The notes under the pieces: model-generated
What the model saw: only the letters and a program-made list of their open reading frames with translations
Told to the model about the DNA's origin: nothing
Databases searched by the model: none
Program-made: the position numbers and the translations under genes
Part shown: piece after piece, positions 1 to 11,952 of the stretch
How the letters are laid out: every line of letters begins with the position of its first letter
Numbering within the stretch: position 1 is the first letter of the stretch
Assembly (NCBI RefSeq): GCF_018350175.1
Contig: NC_058368.1
Location: forward strand, 177,384,001-177,448,000
Reading direction: 5' to 3'
DNA: 64,000 nucleotides
From: Felis catus
Taxonomy: Eukaryota

Positions 1-957
1 ATTCAAGGGAATCTGAGAAAGTATCTGCTATGCTCAATTCTGTTATTGGAGAGAGATTTCACCAGGAAGGATGATAAAGGAGGAGAATGGCCGTTGAATA
101 GGCAACCAACAGCGTCTGCCATGGTGAGATGTAAGGTTTGGTTGTGTCTAGATAATACCATTAATTGTCTGGCTAAAATAAGGCAATGCTCAGTGCTGTT
201 GCTGCTGATAGAAACTCGGAAAGTATCCATGTACAAACATATGTCCAAAAGGCTGTGTTTTAGTCTCTTTCTTTCTAAGCCCAAAAGAGACATTATATAT
301 AAGCCGCTTCAGTGTATGTGTCTGTGTAAAGTTGAGTTTCACAAGAGAACCAGTGATGTGCTGGCATTGATTCTGGCTCTCCTTGGTTCTTTTCAGCTCT
401 TCAAAAATGTATCCAAAGATGTTTTTACTTTGACTTTCTTCTTTTCATGGTAAGAAGACACTTCTTTAAACAGCTCATGGGCCAACACTAATGAATAACG
501 TGATGGCCAAGACGAAAATGGATGCGCATGACTGTTTCACACCATCTGTGGGGAGCAGGCAAAGCTGGCCTACTTTTTCTTTAGTGCATAGCTTTGTTCT
601 TATCTGTGAGTGTTTGTAAGTGGAGGAATTTCAGTGCAGATGTGAAATTGCTTTTGAAATATGGGTGGCTCTTATAATTTGTGTGCTTTTTACATTTTTA
701 GAAAGAAGGGTTTTTTTTCCCCCCTTTCCTTTCTTTCTTTTTTTGTCTTATTTTATTTTACTTTTTGGTCTGCTGCTCACTGAGGGTAGAAAGAAAGCCC
801 AAGGAAAAAGAGGTGAGGGTCCTGCAATGCGGGGGCCCCTCCTCCAGTGCATGGGTGCAAAGCCACAATATAATGGGTGCGTACTTTTGGAGGCGCTGCG
901 TACATTCTGCTGGGTGGAAAGAGTTCATTAACATGCTGGGTGGGTTGCAGGTTCTGT

Positions 958-1160
958 GTAGGCTTCGGAACTAACCAACTTGGGTTTCTGCTACTTCTTC
1001 GGCTCAGAGGCCTTGGGCAAACTTCTTCCCATCTGAGCCTCAGTTTCTCCAACTTGAGCAAAGCCAAATCATATCTCTTGGGGTCTTTGTGTAGATGTTA
1101 AGAGTTGGATGGCCCAGGTGACTTTCCAAGGTCCTTTCTGGCTCGGAACCCTCTGAATCT
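958..1160 (+). mobile_element. MIR-family SINE remnant
   Basis: MIR core 'ccttgggcaaacttcttcccatctgagcctcagtttctcc' and a MIR3/MIRc-like 3' end 'aaggtcctttctggctc'. Confidence 0.75.
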
Positions 1161-1239
1161 GAAGCCCAAAGTCCAGCACCAACATCATCATTAACTCTTC
1201 TTCCTCTGTCTTTTTTTTTCCCATCATCATCATCACCAT

Positions 1240-1457
1240 CTCTTGAGTGTTATCTTATACTAAGCACTCTCCTGAGTCCTCTACCTGCGTGAACACACTG
1301 AATCCTCATGGCGAAACTGTAAGGTGGGTATTTTTACTGACATCTAATAGTTTAGGAAGCCGAGGCTCAGAGAAGGGAGAGGATTTGCCCAAGATCATCC
1401 AGCAGGTAGGTTACGGAGTAAAGATCAGAACCTCCAGGATAGGATTGGTCTTATTTA
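1240..1457 (-). mobile_element. MIR remnant, interrupted by the Can-SINE at 1458
   Basis: Reverse MIR core 'gaggctcagagaagggagaggatttgcccaagatcatccagc'. Confidence 0.75.
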
Positions 1458-1671
1458 TTAATTTAATTTATTTTTTTAATGTTTATTTTTTGAGAGAGAG
1501 AGAGGGAGGGAGATTGTGAATGGGGGAGGGGCAAAGAGAGAGGGAGACATAGAATCCAAAGCAGGCTCCAGGCTTCTGAGCTGTCAGCACAGAGCCTGAA
1601 GGGGGGCTCAAACTCACAAGCTGTGAGATCATGACTTGAGCCGAAGTCGGACACTTAACTGACTGACTCAC
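1458..1671 (-). mobile_element. Can-SINE, slightly 5'-truncated
   Basis: tRNA-derived head, (CT)n and A-tail on the minus strand; imperfect TSD ggattggtcttattta (1442-1457) / ggatttgtctcattta (1672-1687). Confidence 0.95.
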
Positions 1672-1885
1672 GGATTTGTCTCATTTAGAAGCCACTTTGT
1701 CCATTTGATTGTTTCAGATGCTGCTCAAGAAGGAGCCCATGCTCCTCAAATAAATGTGCTCTGGGGTAAAGCTGTGACCCCAAGGCCCAGGGCCGGGAAG
1801 AGCTTTTGTGCAGGTTCAGTTGCTACAAGTTTCCTAATGATCAGATGACCTTCTTGGAGGACAGCAAATAGCCTTTGCCTAGACT

Positions 1886-2391
1886 GTATTATACTATCCT
1901 AGTAGGGGCATCTTGGAGTTTCTGCCTCCTTAGCATCCAACCCCTCCTCTTTGGGTGGCACATTCCAGTTTTTCTTTGTGATAACCATCTCAACTCCACC
2001 CTTAGTCCGTGTATTAGGGGAGACAGACTCTTCTTTTTTCCTCACTCCTCACCCACATGGCAGGGATGGTCACATGGTGTGGTTCTGACCTATCAGAGCA
2101 TTCCTTCCATCTGACCAAAGCTTGAGACAGAGTGCCCAAATCATCTAGTGTCTGAAATCCTGGGAATCCTGTGAAACCCTTAGGAAAGACAAGCTTCTCT
2201 TCTGCTGGTAGGGACGTAAGTCAGGATGCTGGACTCTGAGACACTCTAGGTATATCTGAGAAAAAAGCTGAAGCAGAGGGAAGTAGAGCTGAGAGATGAC
2301 GGAAGGCGCATTTGAGCACCTGGATCCATCAGTTCCTGAAGCCAGGAGTTCGGTTTCTGTCTCTTGTAATGGGAAGAGTCACGACTGATAC
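1886..2391 (+). mobile_element. ERVL solo LTR (LTR16-like)
   Basis: 'cacctggatccatcagttcctgaagcc' and terminal 'gggaagagtcacgactgataca' resemble the LTR16 group. Confidence 0.6.
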
Positions 2392-3179
2392 ACCTGCTAC
2401 CATGGCAGTATATTTATGAAAGAGGTCAGGGAGGCAATCCCTCTAGGTCAATTTTTGGTACATCTTTCCTGAAAAAATTCTGTGATGTTTCATGTATGTA
2501 GTATATTGACAACCCCTATCTTCTCATCACACACTCAAACACATTTTTGGTGTATAACTATATAACTTTGGCTTGGAGATTGCTTCCATTTGGAGATTAC
2601 TCCTTGCTGCAAGCAACTGCTAGTTGCCTTCTGGAAAAGGCATTGAAGGTATCGAGGTTCACTGAGGATCCCTGATGCCGGGACCTGGCGTCTGGTTCAG
2701 GCAGAAGCCAAGGCAGCTCTGGGGACGGGAGACCCCTGCGTCTCTTCTCTTGTGGGAGCTCTGATCCAGTTTCATTCACAAGCGTCCCCTGCCTTCTCAT
2801 GGGTTTTGCTCCCTCAAATCTCCACGAGCAGGTGACCCAGTGAGGCCTTGACTCTACCACGTGCCATTCTTTCAACTTCAGTGCTCACTGGAAAGTCTGG
2901 AAGGAGGAATAGGACAGGCCAGCCCATTGTTTCATGACACGTCTCAGGTTGCTGGTCAGTTTGTGGATTCTCAGGTCAGGTATCCAGCCTGGGTCCAAAC
3001 TGCTGTGCTGGGGGTCATGTGAGGGTCTGTTATCCATCTAGTGTCCATCCGCTGTGGTGTCATGTGACCTACATGTGCTCCCCCCACAGGAGGGGCTGTG
3101 AGTAGGGCAGTGCTGGGGTTGACATCTCTCCTATGAAGACTCTATTTGAACATACCCTGAATTGGCACTGAGTCATAGT

Positions 3180-3720
3180 AAGGGATGTTTCATGTGAGGG
3201 TTTGAACAAAATCAGGTCTCAGGGAGCTTATAGCCTAGCCGGGGAGATGGGCAACAGACAAGAAAACACTGCAATAGAAGAGACTACAGTCTATGATAAA
3301 AGGTGGGGTGCGGTCTGAGAGAGCAGTGGGAGGGCCCATTGTAGATTGTGCAGTCAAGAAAAGCACCTTGGAGAAGTCACTGGAACTAAAGCTTGAATAA
3401 CCAAAGGATCTGGATGGATCAAGAGCTGGAGGAAGGACAGTCTTGTGGGCAGAGAAACAGCGTATGCAAAGGCCCCCAAATTGGAAATAAGACTGTGTAT
3501 TTACTCAAGGAATTAAAAATGAACTTGGGACTGGAATATTCAGGGTGATGGGTGGAGGGGGGGAGCTCAGGATATGGTCGGAGATGTCAGCAGGAACCAG
3601 ATCACTCAAGGCCTTAGAGGTCCTGGTGTGACATTTATGTTTTATTCTAAGAACAATGGGAAGCCATCAGAGGCTCTTATGCAGGACACTTGACATAATG
3701 CAGTATATGCTTTCAAGGTC
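3180..3720 (-). mobile_element. L2 LINE 3' remnant
   Basis: Antisense L2 motifs 'gggagcttatagcctag', 'cagcgtatgcaaaggcccc', 'attctaagaacaatgggaagccatcagagg'. Confidence 0.75.
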
Positions 3721-3913
3721 CACGACCTTGGGAAAGTCATGTTGTGTCCCTGAGTTTTTCTTGTTCTCCTCTGTAGATGCTGATGAGAATCAGGCAACGT
3801 TTGAAAGACCCTGTAAAGATTAAACGAGAAAATGTGCTAAATGAGATAAACCTATTTGAACATGGCTGGGCCTCGGCAGATCTCTGTAAAGGTTTTCCTC
3901 TCTTCCTTTTTAA

Positions 3914-4127
3914 TTTTTTTTTTTCAACGTTTATTTATTTTTGGGACAGAGAGAGACAGAGCATGAACGGGGGAGGGGCAGAGAGAGAGGGAGACACAGA
4001 ATCGGAAACAGGCTCCAGGCTCCGAGCCATCAGCCCAGAGCCCGACGCGGGGCTCGAACTCACAGACCGCGAGATCGTGACCTGGCTGAAGTCGGACGCT
4101 TAACCGACTGTGCCACCCAGGCACCCC
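3914..4127 (-). mobile_element. Young felid Can-SINE (SINEC_Fc type)
   Basis: Diagnostic 'cttcagccaggtcacgatctcgcgg' and 'ctgggctgatggctc' on the minus strand; perfect 17-bp TSD cctctcttcctttttaa (3897-3913 / 4129-4145); most CpGs intact. Confidence 0.97.
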
Positions 4128-4564
4128 ACCTCTCTTCCTTTTTAAAAGAAACTGTGTATTGTCATCTATCTGCAAACCCGCTTCCCTCATGACCAGCCTC
4201 GACACATGTTAGTGTCATGGTTTCACTTTTCTATTTGTTGGCTCCCACCCGAATTTGGCTGTTGTCTGCTCCCTCCTCATTGTGTTGAGAACTCTGCGCT
4301 TTTACTATTCAGGTGATTGCATTTCATACGTCTTTTCCACGGTTAATTGGTCCAAACCCTCCTTCCGTGATTTCAGCCCTCTCTCCTGGCCCAGCTCCTT
4401 GCCCTGTGTAGCATTTGTTGAAGTTGTCTTACATAGGCCTTACCTTGACTTCCTCTGAAATGTCCCACTTCACATAGATTTTAGCTGAATGCAGAAGATG
4501 GTGATTTTATCACTGACCCAGTGGGAAAGAGAGGTCATCACGCCTGTAAGGATGTGTTCAGAGA

Positions 4565-4730
4565 ACCTTGCAGTCAGACAGAATGGGGTCCAAACTCTAG
4601 CGGTCCTTTTTTCTGGCCATGTGGTGTTGGGCAAGTGACCTCACCAATCTGAGCCTCAGCTTCCTCATCTACAAAATGAGAGTATGACTAGGGCTGAGCT
4701 CCTGGCACATAGGAGGTATTCAACAACGTT
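4565..4730 (+). mobile_element. MIR remnant
   Basis: 'ttgggcaagtgacctcaccaatctgagcctcagcttcctcatctacaaaatg'. Confidence 0.8.
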
Positions 4731-4861
4731 AATTCATGTCTCCACCTACCACGTCTCCTTCACCCACGTCTCATTCTTTGACCTTTATCATGATGATCTT
4801 TGGCCTGATTCCTGGCATGCAACTTCTCAGAACCCACGGGCCTTCCTATAAGCTTCTTTTC

Positions 4862-5200
4862 ATGGACTATGATCTTTGGGGTTAGACTGACTTGGGTTCC
4901 AACCCTAACTCTACTGCTTACCAACTATGTCACTTACATTCTCAGAGACTCACTCTCCTCATGTGCTAGTGGGCGATATGAAGAACGCTGACCTCCGAAG
5001 TTATCACAAATGTTAATTGAAATCGCATTCTGGAAGCGCTCGACATCATGCCTGGTATGTTGTGGTCAATGATAGTGGCTCATGAACATTACTATAACTC
5101 TGTGAACTCTAAACTGGTGAAGAGTGAGGACTGCTGTTTTTTCATTTCCGTGTGCCCTTGGCTTTACAGAGCGCCTGGCACATAGTGGGCCCTCAGCTGG
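4862..5200 (+). mobile_element. MIR followed by an L2 3' end
   Basis: 'agactgacttgggttccaaccctaactctactgcttacc', then L2-type 'cagagcgcctggcacatagtgggccctca'. Confidence 0.7.
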
Positions 5201-6014
5201 TTTTAGTGCCTTTCATCTCCCATAACAAGAATAGAATTTCTTTGCTGCCAAATTGGCTGGAACACTAGCATCCTTATAAAATCCTACCTGTTTACACAAA
5301 TGCCACTTTCTAAGACCCTAAGAGGCACAGCAGGATCATGAAGTGAAAACACCATCAGACTTTATTGAGCAGTCCAACTCCTGGCTGCTCTTCCTGGGGG
5401 GGGAGGGCTGGAGGAAGCCATGACCCCAGGAGTGCTTCTCTGGAGGGAAGGGCCTTGCTTTTTAAGAGTTGCTTATCTTATTTACGTGTCCTCTTCTCAT
5501 TACTTCTCTGAGGACCTGTTTAGAATTTCCCTGGGAGTCAGAAAACACATTCTGCCAAATTCCAAGGCCTTGTAACCACAAGGCTTGGTCCCTGTGACCA
5601 AAAAGACCAAACTGTAACCTTCTGGCGCTGGACGCTGTTTACAGCTGGCGAAAGACCACTCTGGGTTTTCACAGTAAAAAGGGTTAGAAAATTGTATGAA
5701 AGGGCTCAGAAGACTCACGGACATCAAATAGCTCTTGCAAAACCAATGTTGTAATTAGTTAAGTATAAATGAATCAGAACCATATGGCTTAAAAGTTAAA
5801 GGAAAAAGGAGCTGGAGGAAAACATGTCCTCTGGGATTTAATCAAACAAAAAATGCTGGAAAAATTGTTGATGTTCACCAAGCTCAGACCCCATCTGGGT
5901 GCCCCCCGGTCCCCCTCCTGCTTTTTCCTCCTTCCCTGGTTCTGCACATGCGGCAGAGGTGACTTTTGGGCTCTGCTCTTTTCATGCTGGGCATCGTGGG
6001 GTGGAGTAGGTGAG

Positions 6015-6780
6015 CCGCAGTGCAGTGGCGAAAGCTGGAGAAAGGCTCAGGGCATCTGGGGAGCACAGAGGAGGGGTGCCCAAGCAGGTCCCTGGCAGAT
6101 CGGGAACGGCTTCCCTGCGGAGATGATGGAGAGCCAGCCTTACAGGCGGAGGAGGAAGTGGGGAGGGGTGGGGGAGGGAGAGCGCATTTTGGAGGCGGCA
6201 GTGGCGTGTGCGCATGCGCAGAGCATAGACCGCGTATTGTACGATCGCAGAATTTGGAAAGCTCTCGTATGACTGCCTTCCCTCGACCACCTCCTCTAAA
6301 GATGTCTGGCCTCTTCCCCTGTCGCTAGCGCATCACCCTGTTGCGTTTTCCTTGCGGCACTTTTCAAGGTCAGAAATGCTCCTCTTTTCTCTCCTTGTCA
6401 TTTACATCCCACTAGAACGTATGCTTCCTAGGAGATGCGGTCTCCTTTGTCTAGTCCCCTCCTGCTGGATCCCTAGCAGCTGACAGAGTATCCGATTTGG
6501 AGTGGCTGCCCAGGAAGTGTTAGGGAATGAATGAATGGCCAATCAATGCCTGAATGGCTGGAGACAGAAGGCCTGAGGGACAGGGAAGGAACAAAGGCTG
6601 GAGAAGTGGCGAGGAGCCAGGTCCAGAAAGACTTTGTAAATTGTGTGGAGGCTCCTGATGGTAATGGAAAGTCAATAAAGAATTTCAAGCAAGGATGTGA
6701 CAAAGTCAGAACTGAATGACACTGGGAGCAAACCATGAGGGTGGGAAACCTGGAAAACCAGGGGAAAATAAGTGGCAAAG
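6015..6780. mobile_element. Nested L2 remnants: minus ~6015-6260 and ~6560-6780, plus ~6275-6540
   Basis: Antisense L2 'gggagcacagaggagggg...ggcttccctgcggag'; sense L2 3' end 'catcaccctgtt...ccactagaacgtatgct...gaatgaatgaatg'. Confidence 0.7.
6101..6356. promoter_or_regulatory. Small orphan CpG-rich element with NRF1, ETS and GC-box/G4 motifs (candidate promoter or enhancer)
   Basis: 19 CpGs counted in 256 bp; TGCGCATGCGCA 6209-6220; GGAAGT 6154-6159; GGGGAGGGGTGGGGGAGGG 6160-6178. Confidence 0.5.
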
Positions 6781-8277
6781 CGAATCTGAGGTTTATTTAG
6801 CCTTCTCCCCATCATCCTTTAAGGGTATGTAATAGAATGCTCCGTATAGAATAGGTGCCTCATAAAGGCTGCGGAGTTAATCAATGATAAATGCTTCGGC
6901 TCCAAATTGCTACATACAGGCCATTATTTTCTCATTTAGAAAATGGATCTTGTGGCTCACTGTGGAAAATCATCTTCCAGAAAAAAGAAAAAGAGAGATG
7001 TGTATGTCTGCTCTGTCTCCAATGTTTTCACTGAACCAGATTCTCTTTCCGTAGGCTGGCTGTCCTTGGCAGCTCTCGGGTTACATGAAGCTGGGCCGGG
7101 GTTTCTCTGACATTTTAGCAGAGTCACGAGTGGGTGGGATGGGAAGATCCGGGCTGCGAAATAGGTAAGTTGCTCAACGTCCCTGGAAAACCTCTGAGGA
7201 CAGACTGAGAGTGATTTGGCGGAGTATTTTAGGTGGGAAGTCATTTTCTTTTAGGAGAGAAATGCATACCCCCTGCTCTTGCTGATGACTGGGTGTTATT
7301 GCTGGAAGTCCCAGAAAAGCCCAGATTCAGCAAGTTTAGTGGGTGTCTGTGCCCTGTGTGAGAAAGCCATCTATTCCCATCCCAGTGTGCAACATACCTG
7401 TACTGCAAGGGTCGCATACTCCCCGCCCCTGCTTCTCTACTTTGGGGCCCCCAGGCTGCTTCTCTGTGCAGAAGGTACTGCAGTCGCCATAGCTAACCCT
7501 TCCTGTGTTTGCCAGGTGCCTGCTCATGTTCTAGATGGATCTAGATGGATCATCCTGTTGGACGCTCACCGCTGTTATTTTCCTGCTTAGAACAAAAGCT
7601 CAGACAGACAGGCGAAGTTGCTTGCCCAAGGGTACACAGGCAGGCCCTGTGAAGGCTTGGCACCGCCACTCTCAGCTTCCCTCACCTCAAGGAATGGAGC
7701 TTACTAGAAGCCTAAGCCCACCCATTCCCTTCATGCCACGTAACTCCAGCCCTGGTTTCAAGGAGACGCAGTCTGCCTTCTGTCCTGGATGTCAGTAGTA
7801 ACATCTGCAGTGTGCATTTGTGGGTTTGGGGCTATCTGACATCCAGCCTGCCTTCTAACAACACCTCGATTTCCCCATGGAGACCCACCCTTCTGCCATC
7901 GTGTATAGTCATAGGTGGGCAGGGGGTGTGTCTGCCCCCCCCCCCCCCGTAGATACGCAAACAGCACAGTTCTCCCTCTCTGCTTGAGCTGCAACTGCGG
8001 GGGGCTGGGCATCTAATTCAGATGAGGGCAACCAGAAGTTCACTCCAGGACCTGGAAGCTTGAGTGAGCGATTCAGAGTCAGTGGTGGTGTGTTGGCCGT
8101 GGCCCATGACTTCACTAAGGCTCTGTTGCCTAACCTTCCAGTAATCTCTTGGTTTCTGGTCATTTTCCAAACTTTATCGCGACTCTCTCTGCCAATTCTA
8201 TGAGCCCCTGATAGCCTTCCAATAAATTCCATTTTATTGCCACCCAGCTCGCATTCAAGAACCCTGACTAATGCACA

Positions 8278-8490
8278 GCCATTTATTAAACGCGAAGTAT
8301 GAGCCAGACGCCTGGCATGTGACGTCTTGTAGGATTCCCAAATGCCCTGGTGAGGAAGGCATGAGTACACCTGCTTTCCAAATGAGGACCCGGGAGCTCA
8401 GGGAGCTGTAGTGACGTGTGCAAAGTTGCACAGCCAGTGAGTGGCGGTGTTGGAATTCGAACCCAGGGCGCTCTGATTCTGAATTCTGGG
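8278..8490 (-). mobile_element. MIR remnant
   Basis: 'aaatgaggacccgggagctcagggag...cacagccagtgagtggcggtgttggaattcgaacccagg'. Confidence 0.75.
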
Positions 8491-9983
8491 CTTTATCAAT
8501 CCTCCTTTCCACCGGCCCCGACTTCCAGCGCCTCAGAGAAGCAGTGTTGGCTAGCCCGGGACTTCACGCAACCTACGTCGCAGGCCCGAGACTTGTGGCA
8601 GAGAGGACTTTCCAAATCTAATTTGCTCACGTCTGTGAACACCTGCCAGGAAGGAATTTGAGGCGTTTGGTCTAAATATGGAAAAGCTGAGCTCACTTAC
8701 CCCAGAGGAGCGCCTGCAGGGAAGGGGAGACGGTTTGAACCCTCTCCTTGAGTCAGAAGAGGAGACTGCCACAGCCCCCTTTCACCCCTCCACCGTCAGG
8801 AGGGTCTGAGGAGGAAGTTCTGCAGCTGAAATCGCTGTGGGCTGTGAGGGAGGGAGAAATCCACGGAGCTGTGAGGTTTCCCTTTCCTCCGGTCAGTTTG
8901 CGGGATATGTGAAAGAGGCTGGAGTGGCGCACGAAGAACCGTGTAATGTCATGTGGCCACCTGGGGGATGCCTGGGGATTCCTCAGACCTGAAAACGTGC
9001 GGATTTGAAGGCCTCGGAGACACCTGACCCCTGTGACTGTACTTTCTCAGTGATGCGAAGAGACGTCTGGGTGAAGCTGCAGTTGAGGCTGCCGGGAAAA
9101 GGAACGACGTCACGTGCTTTTCTGTCCACGGAAGTGCAGGAATCCAGACTCACGCTGGGCACCCACGTTCCGCAACTCGGGGCGCGGTTCATATTTCCGT
9201 GCCTACCTGCCCTGACCACTCTGCCGTCACGGTTATGGAAGGGTCCACGCCATTTTGTGGGCATGGCTACATTTTCAGGAGAGAATCTCAGTTTTCTGAG
9301 GAGTCAAGAGTCTTGGTTAAGGTTTCAGTGGCTGTGTTTGCTGCGCACACCTGGAGATGGGTCCGGAGGTTCAGCTGGCCCGAACAGTCCATGTGGCTGT
9401 TTTAAGAAGACATTGCTTGGGCAGGATGAAAGTGATGCTCATCCGGAAGCCCCTGTGACTCTGAATCACGGAGGTGGGTATAGATCTTAGAATTATATCC
9501 TGATACTTCTGGCTATCTGGTCCAGCTCTGGGCGACGTTTGGGCCCACGTGTGTACATGAAATCACATTATTTTTTAATGGGGTTGCAAACATCGAGGTC
9601 TGTCTACTCCATAGTAGTAAAGGATGGCTGTAAGGAATAGAATGCCATTTAAAATAGCTCAGATAAAAGGGCGACTAATTGGGGAATAATAAAAGGGATT
9701 CTCGTGACAAGAAAGTACAGAATTAAGCCCAGCCTTGTGGGAACTAGAAAGTGGTCTGGCAATTCATCTTCCCGTTTCTTCCTTTGTGGTGCCGCCTGGC
9801 ATCTGTTCCTGAGAGGCAACAGACTGGCCTCTCTGCCTCCTTGTGGTTTCTGTCTCTCCACAACTTTGGCTTGCGCCAGGATTTTGGCACTATCTCCAAC
9901 CCCGTCTCCACGTGACTCTACAAGTACAGCACCGTCCATCAATGGCTGCCATCTCTGGGATTCTCCACCGGTTTTTAGGAGAG

Positions 9984-10537
9984 TGTATCGGTTATCTGTT
10001 GCCACAGTCATGCTGCGTAACAATCATCAACAACATCTCAGAGGGGTAGAGCAATAAACGTTTATTTTTACGTACCAGTCTGTTCTGTGGGTTGCTGGGC
10101 GGAGCAGAGCTTGGCAGGACTCTTCTGTGCATCTGTGGTCAGCTTTGGGTTAGCTGGGTGGCTTTGAGAATCTTGGATAGGCTTTCTCACATGTCTGACC
10201 CTCACTAGGGGCACATGGACTGACGCGGCTCTGTTCTTTGTGTCTACCTCCAGCAGGCTAGCTCAGTCATATCCTCATGGAAAAGCAAAGAGTCAAGCGA
10301 GAGAGAGTGGAAGTACTCAAGCCCTCCAAAGCCCCAGTCTGAGAACTCGTACACCATCTCTTCTGGATTCTATTGTCCAAAGTGAGTCATGGGCCAGCCT
10401 AGATTCAAGGAAAGGGGAAATTGGGTCTACCTCTTGAGGGGAAAAGTCATACTTGAGGATGCAGTGTCACACTGCAAAGGGTATGGCAGCCGGGAGGCCT
10501 GAAGAATTGGGGCCCCTTTTGCAACTGCTAGATCACA
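9984..10537 (-). mobile_element. MaLR solo LTR (MLT1H-like)
   Basis: TG...CA ends, perfect 5-bp TSD GAGAG (9979-9983 / 10538-10542), MLT1 motifs 'cctccagcaggctagc' and 'gggccagcctagattcaagg'. Confidence 0.85.
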
Positions 10538-10799
10538 GAGAGGGCATCTGATTGGCTGTTAGCCAGAGCCGGGGATTGGTTCCCTTAGGTTCACATGCTC
10601 AGTTCTCTGTGGCTTGGATGTGTGTGTATGTGGAGAGAGGGGGAAGGCCACAGGAGATATAGGGCTAGTCTTTTCAGTAGCTGTTGTTGGGTCAGGGTAA
10701 CTGAGAAACCTTCAACATCCGTTTACTCTTAAGACCGCTCCCCATTTTGGTTTGGGCAGTGGTTACTACTTAGACTGGATGTGAGTCCTTCAACAATCC

Positions 10800-11225
10800 C
10801 AGGAAGAGGCTTCTTACTTTGGCCTCAGCCAGTGTATGTTATGCTCCCAACTGGAGTCACTGGTTCAGGAATGGGCATGTGCTTCAAACCACACCAAACT
10901 GGGGCAATCAAAGACAACCAACCCTAAGGCCGTGTCTTAAGTCCCATGGAAAGGCATTTGCTTGCTGTCTCCTGCTGAATTTGGACCTGAGAGGACAGGA
11001 GCCTGGAGCTACAGCAGCCATTCTGCCAGCTTGTGGAGGCTGCAGAACCAGGAAAGCAGAGACATAGAGAGATTAGATCCCAGTGTTTAAGGTGCTGAAT
11101 CAAGCCATGCCTGAACCCAGTTTGATCCTGGACTATTTATTTACATATATTGTCTTCTAGTGTAGCCCATTCCAGGTTGGGCTTTCTGTCACTTTCTATC
11201 TCAAAGGTCTTGACCAGTGTCCTAA
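10800..11225 (+). mobile_element. ERVL LTR remnant (LTR16/LTR33-like)
   Basis: 'tggttcaggaatgggcatgtg', 'ctgaatcaagccatgcctgaa', 'gttgggctttctgtcactt'. Confidence 0.6.
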
Positions 11226-11952
11226 TATAGCAGAGGAAGTGACAGACATGTCAGCTACACGCATGTAGACTCACCTACATTTTGCGGATTGAGCAAGCAG
11301 TTACTTGTTCTAGGGCTATTACTGTGTATCACTGCACGATAAAGCTGATGAATTTGGATTTTTGGATTGCATTATGTAACTGCCAAGGCCTGTTTTAAAA
11401 TACCTCTCCATTATTGTTAATGCAAATATCATGGAGCCTACATTTCCCTGGACACTGTGGATATTCCTGCTATTGTACAAAACAACAAAAACCAAATAAC
11501 TCAGTTCCCTTAGTTCGGAGGGAACCCTACCATTGGGCTGATCTGCCTCATCTGTCAGGAGAGAGCTGGGCAAGATCTGGCTGAGTTACCTACTGTCGTG
11601 ATACTCAGCTCCTGTCTTCCTGTTTTCTTCTGCCTTTGAGAATGAGGACAGTAGGTGCTGTCTAGTAGGTGCTGACTCTGGGCTAAGTGCTTTTTACATG
11701 CATTATCTCTTCATTGCACTTACCAGTATGGATAATTGAATGTTTAAAACCTTTTTATTTTGTATATAATTTTAAGCTCCAGAAAAGTTGCAAGGACAAG
11801 AGAAAGAATTCAGGAATATCCTTTGACATTCTGTGATCCATCAATTATTTACCTCCTACCTCATTTGCCTTATCACTCATGCATCCACTTATCCATTCAT
11901 TCATTCTCCTCTCTCTCTGCATATATATGATCATATATAGAGATGTGCCTTT

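Noticed and set aside
3777..4205. Recurring similar peptides such as 'RQRETEHERGRGRERGRHRI' and 'TSAQVMIS' in many ORFs across the window
   Set aside because: Translations of Can-SINE copies, not a gene family
8944..8972. CTCF-like TGGCCACCTGGGGGATG
   Set aside because: Mismatches at two strongly conserved core positions
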